Shown: positions 6,335 to 15,715 of the stretch, in pieces
How the letters are laid out: each line of letters begins with the position of its first letter
Position numbering within the stretch: the stretch's first letter is position 1
Source: a virus
Taxonomy: Duplodnaviria; Heunggongvirae; Uroviricota; Caudoviricetes
DNA: 20,812 nucleotides
Virus record (IMG/VR): IMGVR_UViG_2534681662_000008
Span: 1-20,812 of that record
Strand: one strand, 5' to 3'
Program-made: the position numbers and the translations under genes
The notes under the pieces: model-generated
Told to the model about the DNA's origin: nothing
The model's input: the letters and a program-made list of their open reading frames with translations, nothing else
Database searches by the model: none

Positions 6335-8219
6335 TGCAGCCGGTGCGATAGCAACAGGGCTTGTATCTCTCAATATTCCGGTACCACTGACGACAGTTCA
6401 GTGGGCTGATCAGTATTATTATCTGCCAAAAGAGTCTTCATATACTCCCGGGCAATGGGAAACACTGCCGTTTCAGGTTGCCATCATGAACAGCATGGGG
6501 AATGACCGGATCCGCACCGTTAATCTGATTAAATCGGCGCGTGTTGGTTACACCAAAATGCTGTTGGGGGTGGAGGCTTATTTTATTGAACACAAATCCC
6601 GTAACAGCCTGCTTTTTCAGCCGACAGATTCTGCGGCAGAAGATTTTATGAAATCCCATGTCGAACCAACGATAAGAGACGTTCCTGTATTACTGGAGCT
6701 GGCTCCGTGGTTTGGCAGAAAACATCGGGACAACACGCTTACCCTGAAACGTTTCTCCTCCGGTGTGGGATTCTGGTGTCTGGGCGGAGCTGCTGCCAAA
6801 AACTACCGTGAAAAATCTGTGGATGTGGTCTGCTATGACGAACTCTCCTCGTTTGAACCGGATGTGGAAAAAGAAGGTTCACCAACCCTGCTTGGCGATA
6901 AGCGTATCGAAGGTTCGGTATGGCCTAAATCCATACGCGGCTCAACGCCCAAAATTAAAGGTTTTTGCCAGATTGAAAAAGCCGCGAATGAATCTGCGCA
7001 TTTCATGCGATTTTATGTCCCTTGCCCTCATTGTGGTGAAGCCCAGTATCTGAAGTTTGGCGATGATGCGACGCCGTTTGGCCTGAAATGGGAGAAGGGT
7101 AAACCGGAGACGGTGTATTACCTGTGTGAACATAATGGCTGTGTGATCCGGCAGTCGGAACTTGACCAGACCGACGGGCGGTGGATTTGTGACAATACCG
7201 GGATGTGGACGCGTGACGGTCTGACATTTTACAGAGCCGGTGATGAGGAAATCCCGCCGCGCTCAATCTCGTACCACATCTGGACGGCATACAGCCCGTT
7301 CACCACCTGGGTACAGATTGTTTATGACTGGCTTGATGCACTGAAGGATCCGAATGGCGTCAAGACGTTCATTAACACCACGCTGGGGGAGCCTTATGAA
7401 GAGGCTGTGGCAGAAAAACTGAGCTTTGAGTTGTTGCTGGAAAAAGTCTGCCACTATGATGCGCAGGTTCCCCTGCGGGTGGTTTACCTGACCGCAGGGA
7501 TCGACTCTCAGAAAAACCGTTATGAGATTTATGTCTGGGGGTGGGCTCCTGGCGAAGAAGCTTTTCTGATTGACAAGCAGATCATCATGGGGAGACCGGA
7601 AGATGAGGACACCCTTAAACGCGTTGATGCCGTGATCCGGAAAAAATACCGTCATGCAGATGGCACTGAAATTTCCATTTCCCGCGTCTGCTGGGATACC
7701 GGTGGTATTGACCAGGACATTGTGTATCAGCGATCCAGAAAACACGGCACTTTTTTTGTGCTCCCCATCAAAGGGGCGTCGGTGTACGGCAAGCCGGTGA
7801 TCACCATGCCAAAAAAGCGAAACCAGCGTGGGGTGTTTTTGTGTGAGGTGGGTTCCGATACCGTCAAGGAAATGCTGTATGCGCGTTTTGCCCTGCCGGT
7901 GGTATCTCCCAGTGAAGTCGCACCGTATACCTTCCGTTTTCCGGATAACCCGGACATTTTTTCTGATGTTGAAGCTAAACAACTCGTGGCAGAAGAGCTG
8001 GTTGAAAAAGTTGTGAACGGGCGGGTGAAACTCCAGTGGGATGCCAGAAAACGGCGTAATGAAGCTCTGGACTGTCTGGTGTATGCCTATGCAGCGCTGC
8101 GCATTTCCGTTCAGCGGTGGCAACTGGATCTGGATGCACTGGCCCGCGCCAGAAGAGATGAACAGGACGACGATGAAATGACTATTGAAGAAATCGCAGC
8201 TGCTCTGAGTGGAGGATAA
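6306..8219 (+). CDS. A: Terminase large subunit (lambda gpA-like)
   Basis: 637 aa. Long collinear similarity to lambda gpA ([12 protein letters not shown]...WETLPFQ...[13 protein letters not shown]...HVEPTIRD...[18 protein letters not shown]...CPHCGE...ICWDTGGID...KRRNEALDC). ATG 6306; a TTG at 6303 is an alternative start. Confidence 0.95.
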   Translation: MISDAQKAANAAGAIATGLVSLNIPVPLTTVQWADQYYYLPKESSYTPGQWETLPFQVAIMNSMGNDRIRTVNLIKSARVGYTKMLLGVEAYFIEHKSRNSLLFQPTDSAAEDFMKSHVEPTIRDVPVLLELAPWFGRKHRDNTLTLKRFSSGVGFWCLGGAAAKNYREKSVDVVCYDELSSFEPDVEKEGSPTLLGDKRIEGSVWPKSIRGSTPKIKGFCQIEKAANESAHFMRFYVPCPHCGEAQYLKFGDDATPFGLKWEKGKPETVYYLCEHNGCVIRQSELDQTDGRWICDNTGMWTRDGLTFYRAGDEEIPPRSISYHIWTAYSPFTTWVQIVYDWLDALKDPNGVKTFINTTLGEPYEEAVAEKLSFELLLEKVCHYDAQVPLRVVYLTAGIDSQKNRYEIYVWGWAPGEEAFLIDKQIIMGRPEDEDTLKRVDAVIRKKYRHADGTEISISRVCWDTGGIDQDIVYQRSRKHGTFFVLPIKGASVYGKPVITMPKKRNQRGVFLCEVGSDTVKEMLYARFALPVVSPSEVAPYTFRFPDNPDIFSDVEAKQLVAEELVEKVVNGRVKLQWDARKRRNEALDCLVYAYAALRISVQRWQLDLDALARARRDEQDDDEMTIEEIAAALSGG

Positions 8220-8222
8220 GGG

Positions 8223-8432
8223 ATGATTTATACGCATGAAATGCTATGCGATGCCCGCCGGGCGTTACATGAACTGATGATCGGACGTGCTGTGGTTTCC
8301 GTCAGCAAGGACGGGCGTCAGGTTCAGTATTCGCGGGCGACAATTGGTGAACTGCGTCAGTATATTGAAGAGCTGGAAAGTGCGCTGGGTGTATCCGGAC
8401 GGCGTCGTGGCCCGGCAGGAGTGGGGCTGTGA
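8223..8432 (+). CDS. W: Head-tail joining protein (lambda gpW-like)
   Basis: 69 aa. ...ARRALHELMIGRAVVSVSKDGRQVQYSRATIGELRQYIEELE...RRRGPAG matches lambda W. GGAGG at 8211-8215. Confidence 0.85.
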   Translation: MIYTHEMLCDARRALHELMIGRAVVSVSKDGRQVQYSRATIGELRQYIEELESALGVSGRRRGPAGVGL

Positions 8433-10000
8433 ACGGGGAACTGGTGGATATTCATGGGCAGCCTTTACGGCAAAGCATGGGATATTCTGGTGGTGGTTCC
8501 GGGTTCGGTGGGCAAATGGCAGAATGGCTGCCTGCACCGGAAAGTGCCGACGTGGCGCTCTTACCTTCCATTCATCTGGGTAACGCCCGCGCGGATGATC
8601 TGGTCCGTAACAACGGTATTGCATCGAATGCAGTGGAAATTCATAAGGATCATATTGTCGGGCACATGTTTCGTCTGAGTTACCGTCCCAACTGGCGCTG
8701 GCTGGGGATGTCGGAAGCAGATTCACATGCTTTTATTGAAGATGTTGAGGCGGCGTGGATGGAATACTGCGATCCGGTGTTTGGTATGATGGATGTGGAA
8801 GGGCGTCGTTCGTTTACCGAATTCATTCGTGAAGGGGTGGGGGTCCATACGTTTAACGGTGAAATTTTTGTCCAGCCCGTATGGGATGCGGAATCCACGT
8901 CATTATTCCGGACGAAATTCAAAACCATCAGCCCGAAGCGTGTCAGTACACCCGGTTATGGTACCAGCGATCGTTTTATGCGTGCCGGGGTGGAAATAAA
9001 CCGACACGGAAAAGCGCTGGCCTACCATGTTCAGGATGATGACTGGCCCGGCTACGGTGTCAGTAAATGGACACGAATTACGGCAACACTGCCTTCCGGA
9101 CGACCGGGAATGATCCATGTGTTTCAGCCACAGGAAGACGGGCAGACCCGCGGGGCCAACCAGTTTTATTCTGTAATGGAGCGTCTCAAGATGCTCGACA
9201 CACTGCAGGCCACGCAACTGCAGTCGGCGGTGGTTCGCGCCATGTATGCCGCCACGATTGAATCCACACTGGATTCGGAAAAAGCGTTTGAATATATCGC
9301 CGGGGTGGGAGATGGAGGTAAAAATCCCCTGAACACCATCATGAAAGGCTACGCGCGTTATTACGCCACCAATACGGTAAAACTGGGCGGGGTCCGTATT
9401 CCGCATCTTTACCCGGGAGATTCACTGAATCTGCAGACAGCCCAGAATGCGGATAATGGTTTTTCTGAACTGGAAAAGGCGCTGTTACGTTACATTGCTG
9501 CCGGACTGGGTGTGTCGTATGAGCAGCTTTCCCGTGATTATTCACAGGTCAGTTATTCCAGTGCCAGGGCATCCGCCAATGAGTCGTGGCGGTATTTTAT
9601 GGGAAAACGAAAATTTGTGGCCAGTCGCCTGGCGTCACAGATGTTTGCCTGCTGGCTGGAGGAAGCCCTTATTCGTGGTGTGATCCGTCCGCCGAAATCC
9701 CGTTTCTCATTCTGGGAGGCCCGTTCCGGGTGGTGCCGTGCCGAGTGGATTGGTGCCGGTCGCATGGCGATTGATGGCCTTAAGGAAGTGCAGGAAGCGG
9801 TGATGCGCATTGAAGGCGGCCTGAGTACATACGAGAAAGAGCTGGCCCTGATGGGGGATGACTATCAGGAGATTTTCCGCCAGCAGCTACGGGAAACTCA
9901 GGAGCGACAGGCTGCCGGTCTTCCGCGTCCGGTCTGGATAAAGGACGCGTTTCAACAGCAGATCCGACAGACAACGGGAGAAAAAGGCGATGCGCTGTAA
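8429..10000 (+). CDS. B: Portal protein (lambda gpB-like)
   Basis: 523 aa with collinear similarity to lambda B (...FYSVMERLKMLDTLQATQLQSAVVRAMYAATIES...LLRYIAAGLGVSYEQLSRDY...). GTG start at 8429 overlaps the W stop; GGAG lies 8 nt upstream. Confidence 0.9.
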   Translation: MNGELVDIHGQPLRQSMGYSGGGSGFGGQMAEWLPAPESADVALLPSIHLGNARADDLVRNNGIASNAVEIHKDHIVGHMFRLSYRPNWRWLGMSEADSHAFIEDVEAAWMEYCDPVFGMMDVEGRRSFTEFIREGVGVHTFNGEIFVQPVWDAESTSLFRTKFKTISPKRVSTPGYGTSDRFMRAGVEINRHGKALAYHVQDDDWPGYGVSKWTRITATLPSGRPGMIHVFQPQEDGQTRGANQFYSVMERLKMLDTLQATQLQSAVVRAMYAATIESTLDSEKAFEYIAGVGDGGKNPLNTIMKGYARYYATNTVKLGGVRIPHLYPGDSLNLQTAQNADNGFSELEKALLRYIAAGLGVSYEQLSRDYSQVSYSSARASANESWRYFMGKRKFVASRLASQMFACWLEEALIRGVIRPPKSRFSFWEARSGWCRAEWIGAGRMAIDGLKEVQEAVMRIEGGLSTYEKELALMGDDYQEIFRQQLRETQERQAAGLPRPVWIKDAFQQQIRQTTGEKGDAL

Positions 10001-11606
10001 TTTATCACATATTGCCGCGATGGCATTTAATGAGCCGCTTTTACTGGAACCCGCCTATGCGCGGGTTTTCTTTTGCGCACTGGGTAAGGAGATGGGGGCG
10101 GGCAGCCTTGCCGTTCCGCAGCAGGCCGTTCAGCTTGATGCCGATGGTATGCAGCTGGAGGTTACCGATTATATGACTGGTGGTCCGCGTCCGGTAAAGA
10201 GTTACCAGGTGAAAAATGGTATTGCCATTCTGCCGGTGAGCGGCACGCTGGTACATAAAATGGGTACCCTGCAGCCATATTCCGGTATGACCAGTTATGA
10301 CGGTCTGACTGCCCGTCTTAAGTCAGCGGTGAACGACCCGGATGTACGCGGCATTTTACTGGATATCGACAGTCCGGGCGGTCAGGCTGCCGGGGCGTTT
10401 GACTGTGCTGACATGATTTACCGTCTGCGGGAACAGAAGCCCGTGTGGGCGCTGTGTAATGACATGGCCTGTTCAGCCGCCATGTTGCTGGCGGCGGCCT
10501 GTACGCGTCGGCTGGTCACGCAGACGGCAAAAATTGGTTCGATTGGGGTGATGATGGCGCACACCAGTTACGAGAAACAACTGGCACAGGAAGGCGTGGA
10601 TATCACGCTGATTTACTCCGGGCAGCACAAGGTTGACGGCAACAGTATTCAGGCGTTGCCGACAGGTGTGCGTGCGGATTTTCAGCGCCGTATTGATGAT
10701 GCCCGCCGGATGTTTGTCGACAAGGTGGCACTTTATACGGGGCTGAGTTCAGAGGTGGTGATGAATACCGAGGCTGCCGTTTATGACGGTCAGGCAGGCA
10801 TTGATACAGGCCTGGCTGATCAACTGATTAATGCTGCAGATGCCGTTGATGTAATGGTTTCTGCTCTGAACGACTCTGTTACACAGGAGAATACGATGAC
10901 ACCAAAAAATCTCACCGTTGCTGAAGCGGTGTCCCAGGAAAATCAGCGCGTGATGGGGATCCTGAATTGTCAGGAGGCGAAAGGACGCGAAAAACTGGCG
11001 CAGATGCTGGCAGGTCAGCAGGGAATGTCAGTTGAGCAGGCAAAAACATTACTGGCAGCGGCACCGGCAACCGGCACGGCAAGTTCCGGCGATCAAATTA
11101 TTGCGTTGCCGGAAGCAAAAGGACGTGAACAACTGGCACGGACGCTGGCTGAACAGCCGGGAATGACGGTGGAGCAGGCGAAAACGTTACTGGCAGCGGC
11201 ACCGGCAACCGGCACGGCAAGTTCCGGCGATCAAATTATTGCGTTGCCGGAAGCAAAAGGACGTGAACAACTGGCACGGACGCTGGCTGAACAGCCGGGA
11301 ATGACGGTGGAGCAGGCGAAAACGTTACTGGCAGCGGCACCGGCAACCGGCACGGCAAGTTCCGGCGATCAAATTATTGCGTTGCCGGAAGCAAAAGGAC
11401 GCGAAAAACTGGCACAGGCGCTGGCTGAACAACCGGGAATGACAGTGGAGCAGGCGAAAACGCTGCTGGCAGCTGCGCCATCAGTATCGCAACCGTCACA
11501 GGTAACACTTTTTGAGCGCTTCATGGCACAGCATGCCGCCAGTGCCGTTTCCGGTGGCGGAACTGCCGGGAACGGGGAAAAAGAACTGCTGATGAGTATG
11601 CCGTAA
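9990..11606 (+). CDS. C: Head maturation protease / minor capsid protein (lambda gpC-like, S49 peptidase family) with an expanded C-terminal scaffold (Nu3-like) region
   Basis: 538 aa. N-terminus MAFNEPLLLEPAYARVFFCAL and the core ...ILPVSGTLVHKMGTLQPYSGMTSYDG...GILLDIDSPGGQAAGAFDCADMIYRLRE...TGSIGVMMAH match lambda C. The C-terminal third carries 46-aa tandem repeats. Confidence 0.9.
   Translation: MRCNLSHIAAMAFNEPLLLEPAYARVFFCALGKEMGAGSLAVPQQAVQLDADGMQLEVTDYMTGGPRPVKSYQVKNGIAILPVSGTLVHKMGTLQPYSGMTSYDGLTARLKSAVNDPDVRGILLDIDSPGGQAAGAFDCADMIYRLREQKPVWALCNDMACSAAMLLAAACTRRLVTQTAKIGSIGVMMAHTSYEKQLAQEGVDITLIYSGQHKVDGNSIQALPTGVRADFQRRIDDARRMFVDKVALYTGLSSEVVMNTEAAVYDGQAGIDTGLADQLINAADAVDVMVSALNDSVTQENTMTPKNLTVAEAVSQENQRVMGILNCQEAKGREKLAQMLAGQQGMSVEQAKTLLAAAPATGTASSGDQIIALPEAKGREQLARTLAEQPGMTVEQAKTLLAAAPATGTASSGDQIIALPEAKGREQLARTLAEQPGMTVEQAKTLLAAAPATGTASSGDQIIALPEAKGREKLAQALAEQPGMTVEQAKTLLAAAPSVSQPSQVTLFERFMAQHAASAVSGGGTAGNGEKELLMSMP
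10896..11606 (+). CDS. nu3: Candidate internal in-frame scaffolding protein (lambda Nu3-like) translated from within C
   Basis: In-frame ATG at 10896 preceded by AGGAG (10885-10889). In lambda, Nu3 is the in-frame C-terminal part of C. ...ENQRVMGILNCQEAKGRE... matches the lambda Nu3 motif ENSRIMGILNCEEAHGRE (recalled). Confidence 0.4.
   Translation: MTPKNLTVAEAVSQENQRVMGILNCQEAKGREKLAQMLAGQQGMSVEQAKTLLAAAPATGTASSGDQIIALPEAKGREQLARTLAEQPGMTVEQAKTLLAAAPATGTASSGDQIIALPEAKGREQLARTLAEQPGMTVEQAKTLLAAAPATGTASSGDQIIALPEAKGREKLAQALAEQPGMTVEQAKTLLAAAPSVSQPSQVTLFERFMAQHAASAVSGGGTAGNGEKELLMSMP
10973..11472 (+). repeat. Tandem direct repeat array, 138-bp unit, about 3.6 copies (in-frame 46-aa repeat in C/Nu3)
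   Basis: Copies at 11111-11248 and 11249-11386 are identical. The copy at 10973-11110 is diverged in its first half. A partial diverged copy starts at 11387. Protein unit: EAKGREQLARTLAEQPGMTVEQAKTLLAAAPATGTASSGDQIIALP. Confidence 0.85.
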
Positions 11607-11646
11607 GCGTGGATCCGTGATTCAGATAAATCAGGAGACTGAGAAA

Positions 11647-11982
11647 ATGATTAAAACCACCACAGAAAAGCGCGCGGACGGGCGCATTTTTGCCGGAAGC
11701 GATCCGGTATATACCGCAACAGGTACCAGTGGTATCAGTGTTGCCACGCCTTCACTGACGCCACTGATGCTGGATGACGCCAGCGGAAAACTGGTGGCAT
11801 GGGATGGTCAGAAAGCCGGAACGGCTGTGGGGGGGCTGGTACTGGCGCTGGCCGGGACCGAGCCCACACTGACGTACTACAAAAGTGGTACGTTTGCCAC
11901 CGAATCGCTGGTCTGGCCGGATTCGGTGGATGCGGTGAAAAAAGCCAACGCGTTTGTGGGAAGTGCCATCAGCCACGCCTGA
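11647..11982 (+). CDS. D: Head decoration protein (lambda gpD-like)
   Basis: 111 aa; AGGAG at 11633-11637. ...SDPVYTATG...TPLMLDDASGKLVAWDG...YYKSGTFATESLVWPD...AFVGSAIS matches lambda D. Confidence 0.85.
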   Translation: MIKTTTEKRADGRIFAGSDPVYTATGTSGISVATPSLTPLMLDDASGKLVAWDGQKAGTAVGGLVLALAGTEPTLTYYKSGTFATESLVWPDSVDAVKKANAFVGSAISHA

Positions 11983-12002
11983 TGGTGAAATGATTAACTG
12001 AA

Positions 12003-12036
12003 AAAACGGGTCGTGATGCGGCCCGTTTGTGTTTTT
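12003..12036 (+). terminator. Terminator-like hairpin between D and E (possible attenuator)
   Basis: AAACGGG (12004-12010) pairs with CCCGTTT (12022-12028), followed by a TTTGTGTTTTT tract. Confidence 0.4.
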
Positions 12037-12051
12037 AAAGGAAAGTCAATT

Positions 12052-13080
12052 ATGGGGTTATTTACCACGCGTCAGTTGCTCGGCTACACCGAGCAGAAAG
12101 TGAAATTCCGTGCGCTGTTTCTGGAGCTGTTTTTTCGTCGTACGGTCACTTTCCATACTCAGGAAGTGATGCTGGATAAAATCACTGGAAAAACACCGGT
12201 TGCGGCATATGTGTCTCCGGTTGTGTCAGGTAAGGTACTGCGCAGTCGTGGTGGTGAAACCCGCGTGTTACGCCCCGGCTATGTTAAACCAAAACACCGG
12301 CTGGATTATCAGCAGGCGGTGGAGCGTCTTCCGGGGGAAGATCCGGCCCGTCTTAATGACCCGGCCTACCGTCGCCTGCGTATTCTGACTGACAACCTGA
12401 AACAGGAAGAGCAGGCGATTGTGCAGGTGGAAGAAATGCAGGCGGTCAGCGCTGTTCTGCAGGGTAAGTACACCATGAGCGGTGAACAGTTTGAGACGGT
12501 GGAAGTGGATTTTGGACGTTCTGCCGCCAATAACATAACGCAGGCAGATGGACGCGAATGGTCAAAACAGAATGTTGACACCTTTGATCCGACGCATGAT
12601 CTGGATGCGTACTGCGATTTTGCTTCCGGTACCATCAATATTGCGATTATGGACGGTACTGTCTGGCGTATGCTGAACGGTTTTAAGCTGTTTCGTGAAA
12701 AACTGGATACCCGCCGTGGCTCAAAATCTGAACTGGAAACCGCGCTGAAAGATCTGGGTTCCGTGGTTTCTTTTAAAGGTTATTACGGTGATCTGGCCAT
12801 CATGGTGGCGAAAACAACGTATGTTGATGAAAGCGGGGATGAGCAGCGCTATCTGCCGGAAGGCACACTGATTCTTGGAAACACTCAGGTGGATGGTGTC
12901 CGTTGTTATGGCGCAATCCAGGATAACCAGGCGTTGAGTGAAGGGATCACCTCTGCAATTCGTTATCCGAAACACTGGTTAGAGGTGGGGGACCCGGGGT
13001 GCGAATATACCATGACGCAATCTGCGCCGTTGATGGTGTTGCCGGATCCGGACGCGTTTGTGGTAGTTAAGGTGAAATAA
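12052..13080 (+). CDS. E: Major capsid protein (lambda gpE-like)
   Basis: 342 aa, collinear with lambda E (...VSPVVSGKVLRSRGG...PGYVKPKH...DPAYRRLRI...EEQAIVQVEEMQAVSAVLQGKYTMSGE...LDTRRGSKSELETALKDLG...TMTQSAPLMVLPDPDAFVVV). AAGGA ribosome-binding site. Confidence 0.95.
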   Translation: MGLFTTRQLLGYTEQKVKFRALFLELFFRRTVTFHTQEVMLDKITGKTPVAAYVSPVVSGKVLRSRGGETRVLRPGYVKPKHRLDYQQAVERLPGEDPARLNDPAYRRLRILTDNLKQEEQAIVQVEEMQAVSAVLQGKYTMSGEQFETVEVDFGRSAANNITQADGREWSKQNVDTFDPTHDLDAYCDFASGTINIAIMDGTVWRMLNGFKLFREKLDTRRGSKSELETALKDLGSVVSFKGYYGDLAIMVAKTTYVDESGDEQRYLPEGTLILGNTQVDGVRCYGAIQDNQALSEGITSAIRYPKHWLEVGDPGCEYTMTQSAPLMVLPDPDAFVVVKVK

Positions 13081-13085
13081 GGTCA

Positions 13086-13110
13086 GGTGGGATATTCCCG
13101 CCTTTTTCTT
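13086..13110 (+). terminator. Terminator-like hairpin after the major capsid gene
   Basis: GGTGGG (13086-13091) pairs with CCCGCC (13097-13102) with one G-U pair, followed by TTTTTCTTT. Confidence 0.35.
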
Positions 13111-13130
13111 TATCGCACAGGAGAGATGTG

Positions 13131-13511
13131 ATGACAAAAGAAGAAATAACAGCGCGTCTTCAGGAGCTGGCGGTAGCACTCGGGCGCGATGCCGATATTT
13201 CAGGCTCTAAAGCTGATCTTGAACAACGTCTGGCGGAGGGGGAAGAAGAATTAAGTGATGGTTCAGACGGCCTGTATAAGGATGATGAAGAACCACAACA
13301 AAAAAACGAAACACGATCCGAACGTGGGGAGAGTGAGAACCGAAATTCTGTGGATATGGTCATGGTCAAAGCTGTGGTGATGTTACATGTCAATGCACTC
13401 CACGGCACACGGGATAACCCCGTGGAATTTGTACGTCCGGGAGAAGTGTTTCGTGTATCTGCTGTGGTGGCAGCCAGCATGGCAGAAAGTGGCCTCGTGA
13501 AAATGTGTTGA
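13131..13511 (+). CDS. FI: DNA packaging / head-completion protein (lambda gpFI-like)
   Basis: AGGAG at 13119-13123. MTKEEITARLQELAVALGRDADISGSKADLEQRLAEGEEEL... and the C-terminus ...LHVNALHGTRDNPVEFVRPGEVFRVSA... match lambda FI (recalled). Confidence 0.8.
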   Translation: MTKEEITARLQELAVALGRDADISGSKADLEQRLAEGEEELSDGSDGLYKDDEEPQQKNETRSERGESENRNSVDMVMVKAVVMLHVNALHGTRDNPVEFVRPGEVFRVSAVVAASMAESGLVKMC

Positions 13512-13524
13512 ATGTGGGGGAAAG

Positions 13525-13899
13525 GTGGCAGATTTCGATAATCCGTTTGATGCCGCCGTCGCCATGGCTGACGAGGTCATTCTTTGTCATATGGGGATTA
13601 CGGCGGTAATTACGTCCGGTCAGCTTGAAGGAAAAACACTCAGGGGTGTTTTTGATGATCCTGAAAAAATTTCTTTCGTTGCCGGAGGAGTACGGTTTGA
13701 AGATTCTTCACCGTCTTTGTTTGTGAAAACAGCAGATATTACGGGACTGCGCCGTCTGGATACGCTGGAGGTTGGTGGGGATCTTTTTCGGGTGGATCGC
13801 ATTACTCCGGACGACGGGGGATGCTGTTATATCCGCCTGCAACGGTGTGACACTTCCCGGGGTGATATCAGTACTGGGCGATATTATGAAAGGTCTTGA
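13525..13899 (+). CDS. FII: Head-tail connector protein (lambda gpFII-like)
   Basis: (M)ADFDNPFDAAVAMADEVI...GVFDDPEKISFV...SSPSLFVKT...DDGG matches lambda FII. Apparent GTG start at 13525; the 3' end overlaps the Z start. Confidence 0.8.
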   Translation: MADFDNPFDAAVAMADEVILCHMGITAVITSGQLEGKTLRGVFDDPEKISFVAGGVRFEDSSPSLFVKTADITGLRRLDTLEVGGDLFRVDRITPDDGGCCYIRLQRCDTSRGDISTGRYYERS

Positions 13900-14464
13900 A
13901 AACGCCATCCGTAATCTGAACAGCCTTGATACCCGTATGGTGCCACAGGCCAGCGCATGGGCGATAAACCGTGTAGCGCAGAAAGCGGTCTCGGTAGCTA
14001 CCCGGCAGGTTGCGCAGAATACCGTTGCGGGTGACAACCACGTCAAAGGGATCCCCCTGAAAACGGTGCGTCAGCGCGTCCGGGTATTGAAGGCCAGCCC
14101 GTCAGGAAAAATGTATGCCCGTATCCGGATTAACCGGGGCAACCTGCCAGCCATTAAGCTGGGGGCGGCTCAGGTCAGGCTGGCGCGGCGTGGCGGAAAG
14201 CTACGGTACCGGGGAAGTGTGCTGAAGGTGGGCAAATATCTTTTCCGGGATGCGTTTATTCAGCAACTGGCGAATGGTCGCTGGCATGTGATGCGGCGTA
14301 TTGATGGCAAAAATCGTTACCCCATTGATGTGGTGAAAATCCCGTTGTCCGGACCGCTGACGCAGGCATTTACGGAAGCCAGTCGGCATATTGCTGAAAC
14401 GGAGATGCCGAAACAACTGGGTTATGCACTGAAGCAGCAACTGAGGTTATTTCTGACACGATGA
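13886..14464 (+). CDS. Z: Tail completion protein (lambda gpZ-like)
   Basis: 192 aa. MKGLENAIRNLNSLD...GNLPAIKLGAAQVRLARRGG...GRWHVMRRIDGKNRYPIDVVKIPLSGPLTQAF...PKQLGYALKQQLRL matches lambda Z. Confidence 0.85.
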   Translation: MKGLENAIRNLNSLDTRMVPQASAWAINRVAQKAVSVATRQVAQNTVAGDNHVKGIPLKTVRQRVRVLKASPSGKMYARIRINRGNLPAIKLGAAQVRLARRGGKLRYRGSVLKVGKYLFRDAFIQQLANGRWHVMRRIDGKNRYPIDVVKIPLSGPLTQAFTEASRHIAETEMPKQLGYALKQQLRLFLTR

Positions 14465-14862
14465 ACAGACATACAAAAATCCGTCAGGCGGTACTGGCAC
14501 GTCTGTGTGAGGAGTGTGGCGAGTGCGCCACATTTTTTGACGGGCTTCCGGCCTTTATTGATGCACAGGAGTTGCCCGCTGTGGCGGTCTGGCTGAGCGA
14601 TGCCCGGTATACCGGAAAAATGACAGATGAGGACGACTGGCAGGCCGTTCTGCATATCGCTGTGTTTATCCGTGCGCAGGCACCGGATTCAGAGCTGGAT
14701 GAGTGGATGGAAAATAGCATTTATCCGGCGCTGAGGCATATACCGGCGCTTTCCGGGCTGATCGACACCATGACACCGCAGGGGTTTAACTACCAGCGCG
14801 ATGATGAGATGGCGACGTGGGCGATGGCGGAAATCACGTATCAGATCGCCTACACGAACTGA
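14461..14862 (+). CDS. U: Tail terminator protein (lambda gpU-like)
   Basis: 133 aa. ...ATFFDGLPAFIDAQELPAVAVWLSDARYTG...WQAVLHIAVFIRAQAPDSELDEWMENSIYPAL..IPALSGLI matches lambda U. The ATGA start overlaps the Z stop. Confidence 0.9.
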   Translation: MNRHTKIRQAVLARLCEECGECATFFDGLPAFIDAQELPAVAVWLSDARYTGKMTDEDDWQAVLHIAVFIRAQAPDSELDEWMENSIYPALRHIPALSGLIDTMTPQGFNYQRDDEMATWAMAEITYQIAYTN

Positions 14863-14884
14863 ATAAATAATGTAAGGAGGAGTG

Positions 14885-15655
14885 ATGTCCACACCGAATC
14901 CACTGGAGAAAACGAAAGGCGCAGGGACAACATTCTGGATGTATACCGGGATGGGAGATCCGTTTGCGTCTGCATTGTCAGACACGGACTGGCTGCGACT
15001 GGCAATGGTGAAGGATTTGCAGCCGGGCGAAATGACGGCTGATGCGGAAGACGACACGTATCTTGATGATGAGAATGCGGACTGGAAGAGCACATCTCAG
15101 GGCCAGAAAACCGCTGGCGATACGTCTGCCACACTGGCATGGCGTCCGGGCGACAGCGGACAGAAAAAACTGGTTGAGTTGTTTTATTCCGGCGAGGTTT
15201 GTGCGTTTCGCATTCTGTACCCCAACGGCACAGTTGATGTTTTTCGTGGCTGGTTGAGTTCGCTGGGCAAAGCGGTGACGTCAACGGAAGTGATGACCCG
15301 GACCATCAAAATCACCGGGATTGGGCGTCCGTACCTGGCGGAAGAGTGTCAGGAGGTGGTCAGCGTCACCGGTGTGACGGTGACACCGATGGCGGTGACA
15401 CTGCATCCTGGTGAAACGTCCAAACTGACGTTTGTGCTTGTACCGGAAAACGCCTCGGATAAAACGCTCACGGTGTTTTCCACGGATCCGCAGACAGCAA
15501 CGGTAAGCCTGAGCGGCCTTGTGGCTACGGTATCTGCCCGCCAGGAAGGGACGGTCAGTATTGTGGGTATGAGCGGTGATGGCCGTACGGGGCAGGTGGT
15601 CAAGGTGACCGTGGCCCCTGCTGAGGAGAAGAGTACCGGACGTACCCGGGGATAA
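14885..15655 (+). CDS. V: Major tail protein (lambda gpV-like) with C-terminal Ig-like (Big_2-type) domain
   Basis: AAGGAGG ribosome-binding site. ...KGAGTTFWMYTGMGDPFASALSDTDWLRLAMVKDLQPGEMTA...DTYLDDENADW...GQKTAGDTSATLAW...YPNGTVDVFRGWLSSLGKAVT... is collinear with lambda V. Confidence 0.95.
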   Translation: MSTPNPLEKTKGAGTTFWMYTGMGDPFASALSDTDWLRLAMVKDLQPGEMTADAEDDTYLDDENADWKSTSQGQKTAGDTSATLAWRPGDSGQKKLVELFYSGEVCAFRILYPNGTVDVFRGWLSSLGKAVTSTEVMTRTIKITGIGRPYLAEECQEVVSVTGVTVTPMAVTLHPGETSKLTFVLVPENASDKTLTVFSTDPQTATVSLSGLVATVSARQEGTVSIVGMSGDGRTGQVVKVTVAPAEEKSTGRTRG

Positions 15656-15675
15656 CAGGGCCATGTTTATCATCA

Positions 15676-15700
15676 GCCCCGGTTCGCCGGGGTTTTTTAT
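15676..15700 (+). terminator. Rho-independent terminator between V and G (UUCG tetraloop hairpin plus T6)
   Basis: CCCCGG (15677-15682) pairs with CCGGGG (15687-15692), loop TTCG, followed by TTTTTT (15693-15698). Confidence 0.65.
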
Positions 15701-15715
15701 TCGGGGAGAAGAGAA

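Noticed and set aside
7263-8237. 324-aa ORF on the minus strand
   Set aside because: It lies entirely antisense to the terminase large-subunit gene, whose plus-strand product has strong collinear similarity to lambda gpA. It has no recognisable family and is best explained as a shadow ORF.
10973-11472. Regular 138-bp repeats considered as a possible CRISPR array
   Set aside because: The repeats are directly tandem with no unique spacers, are in frame inside gene C, and no cas genes are present. This is a coding tandem duplication, not CRISPR.
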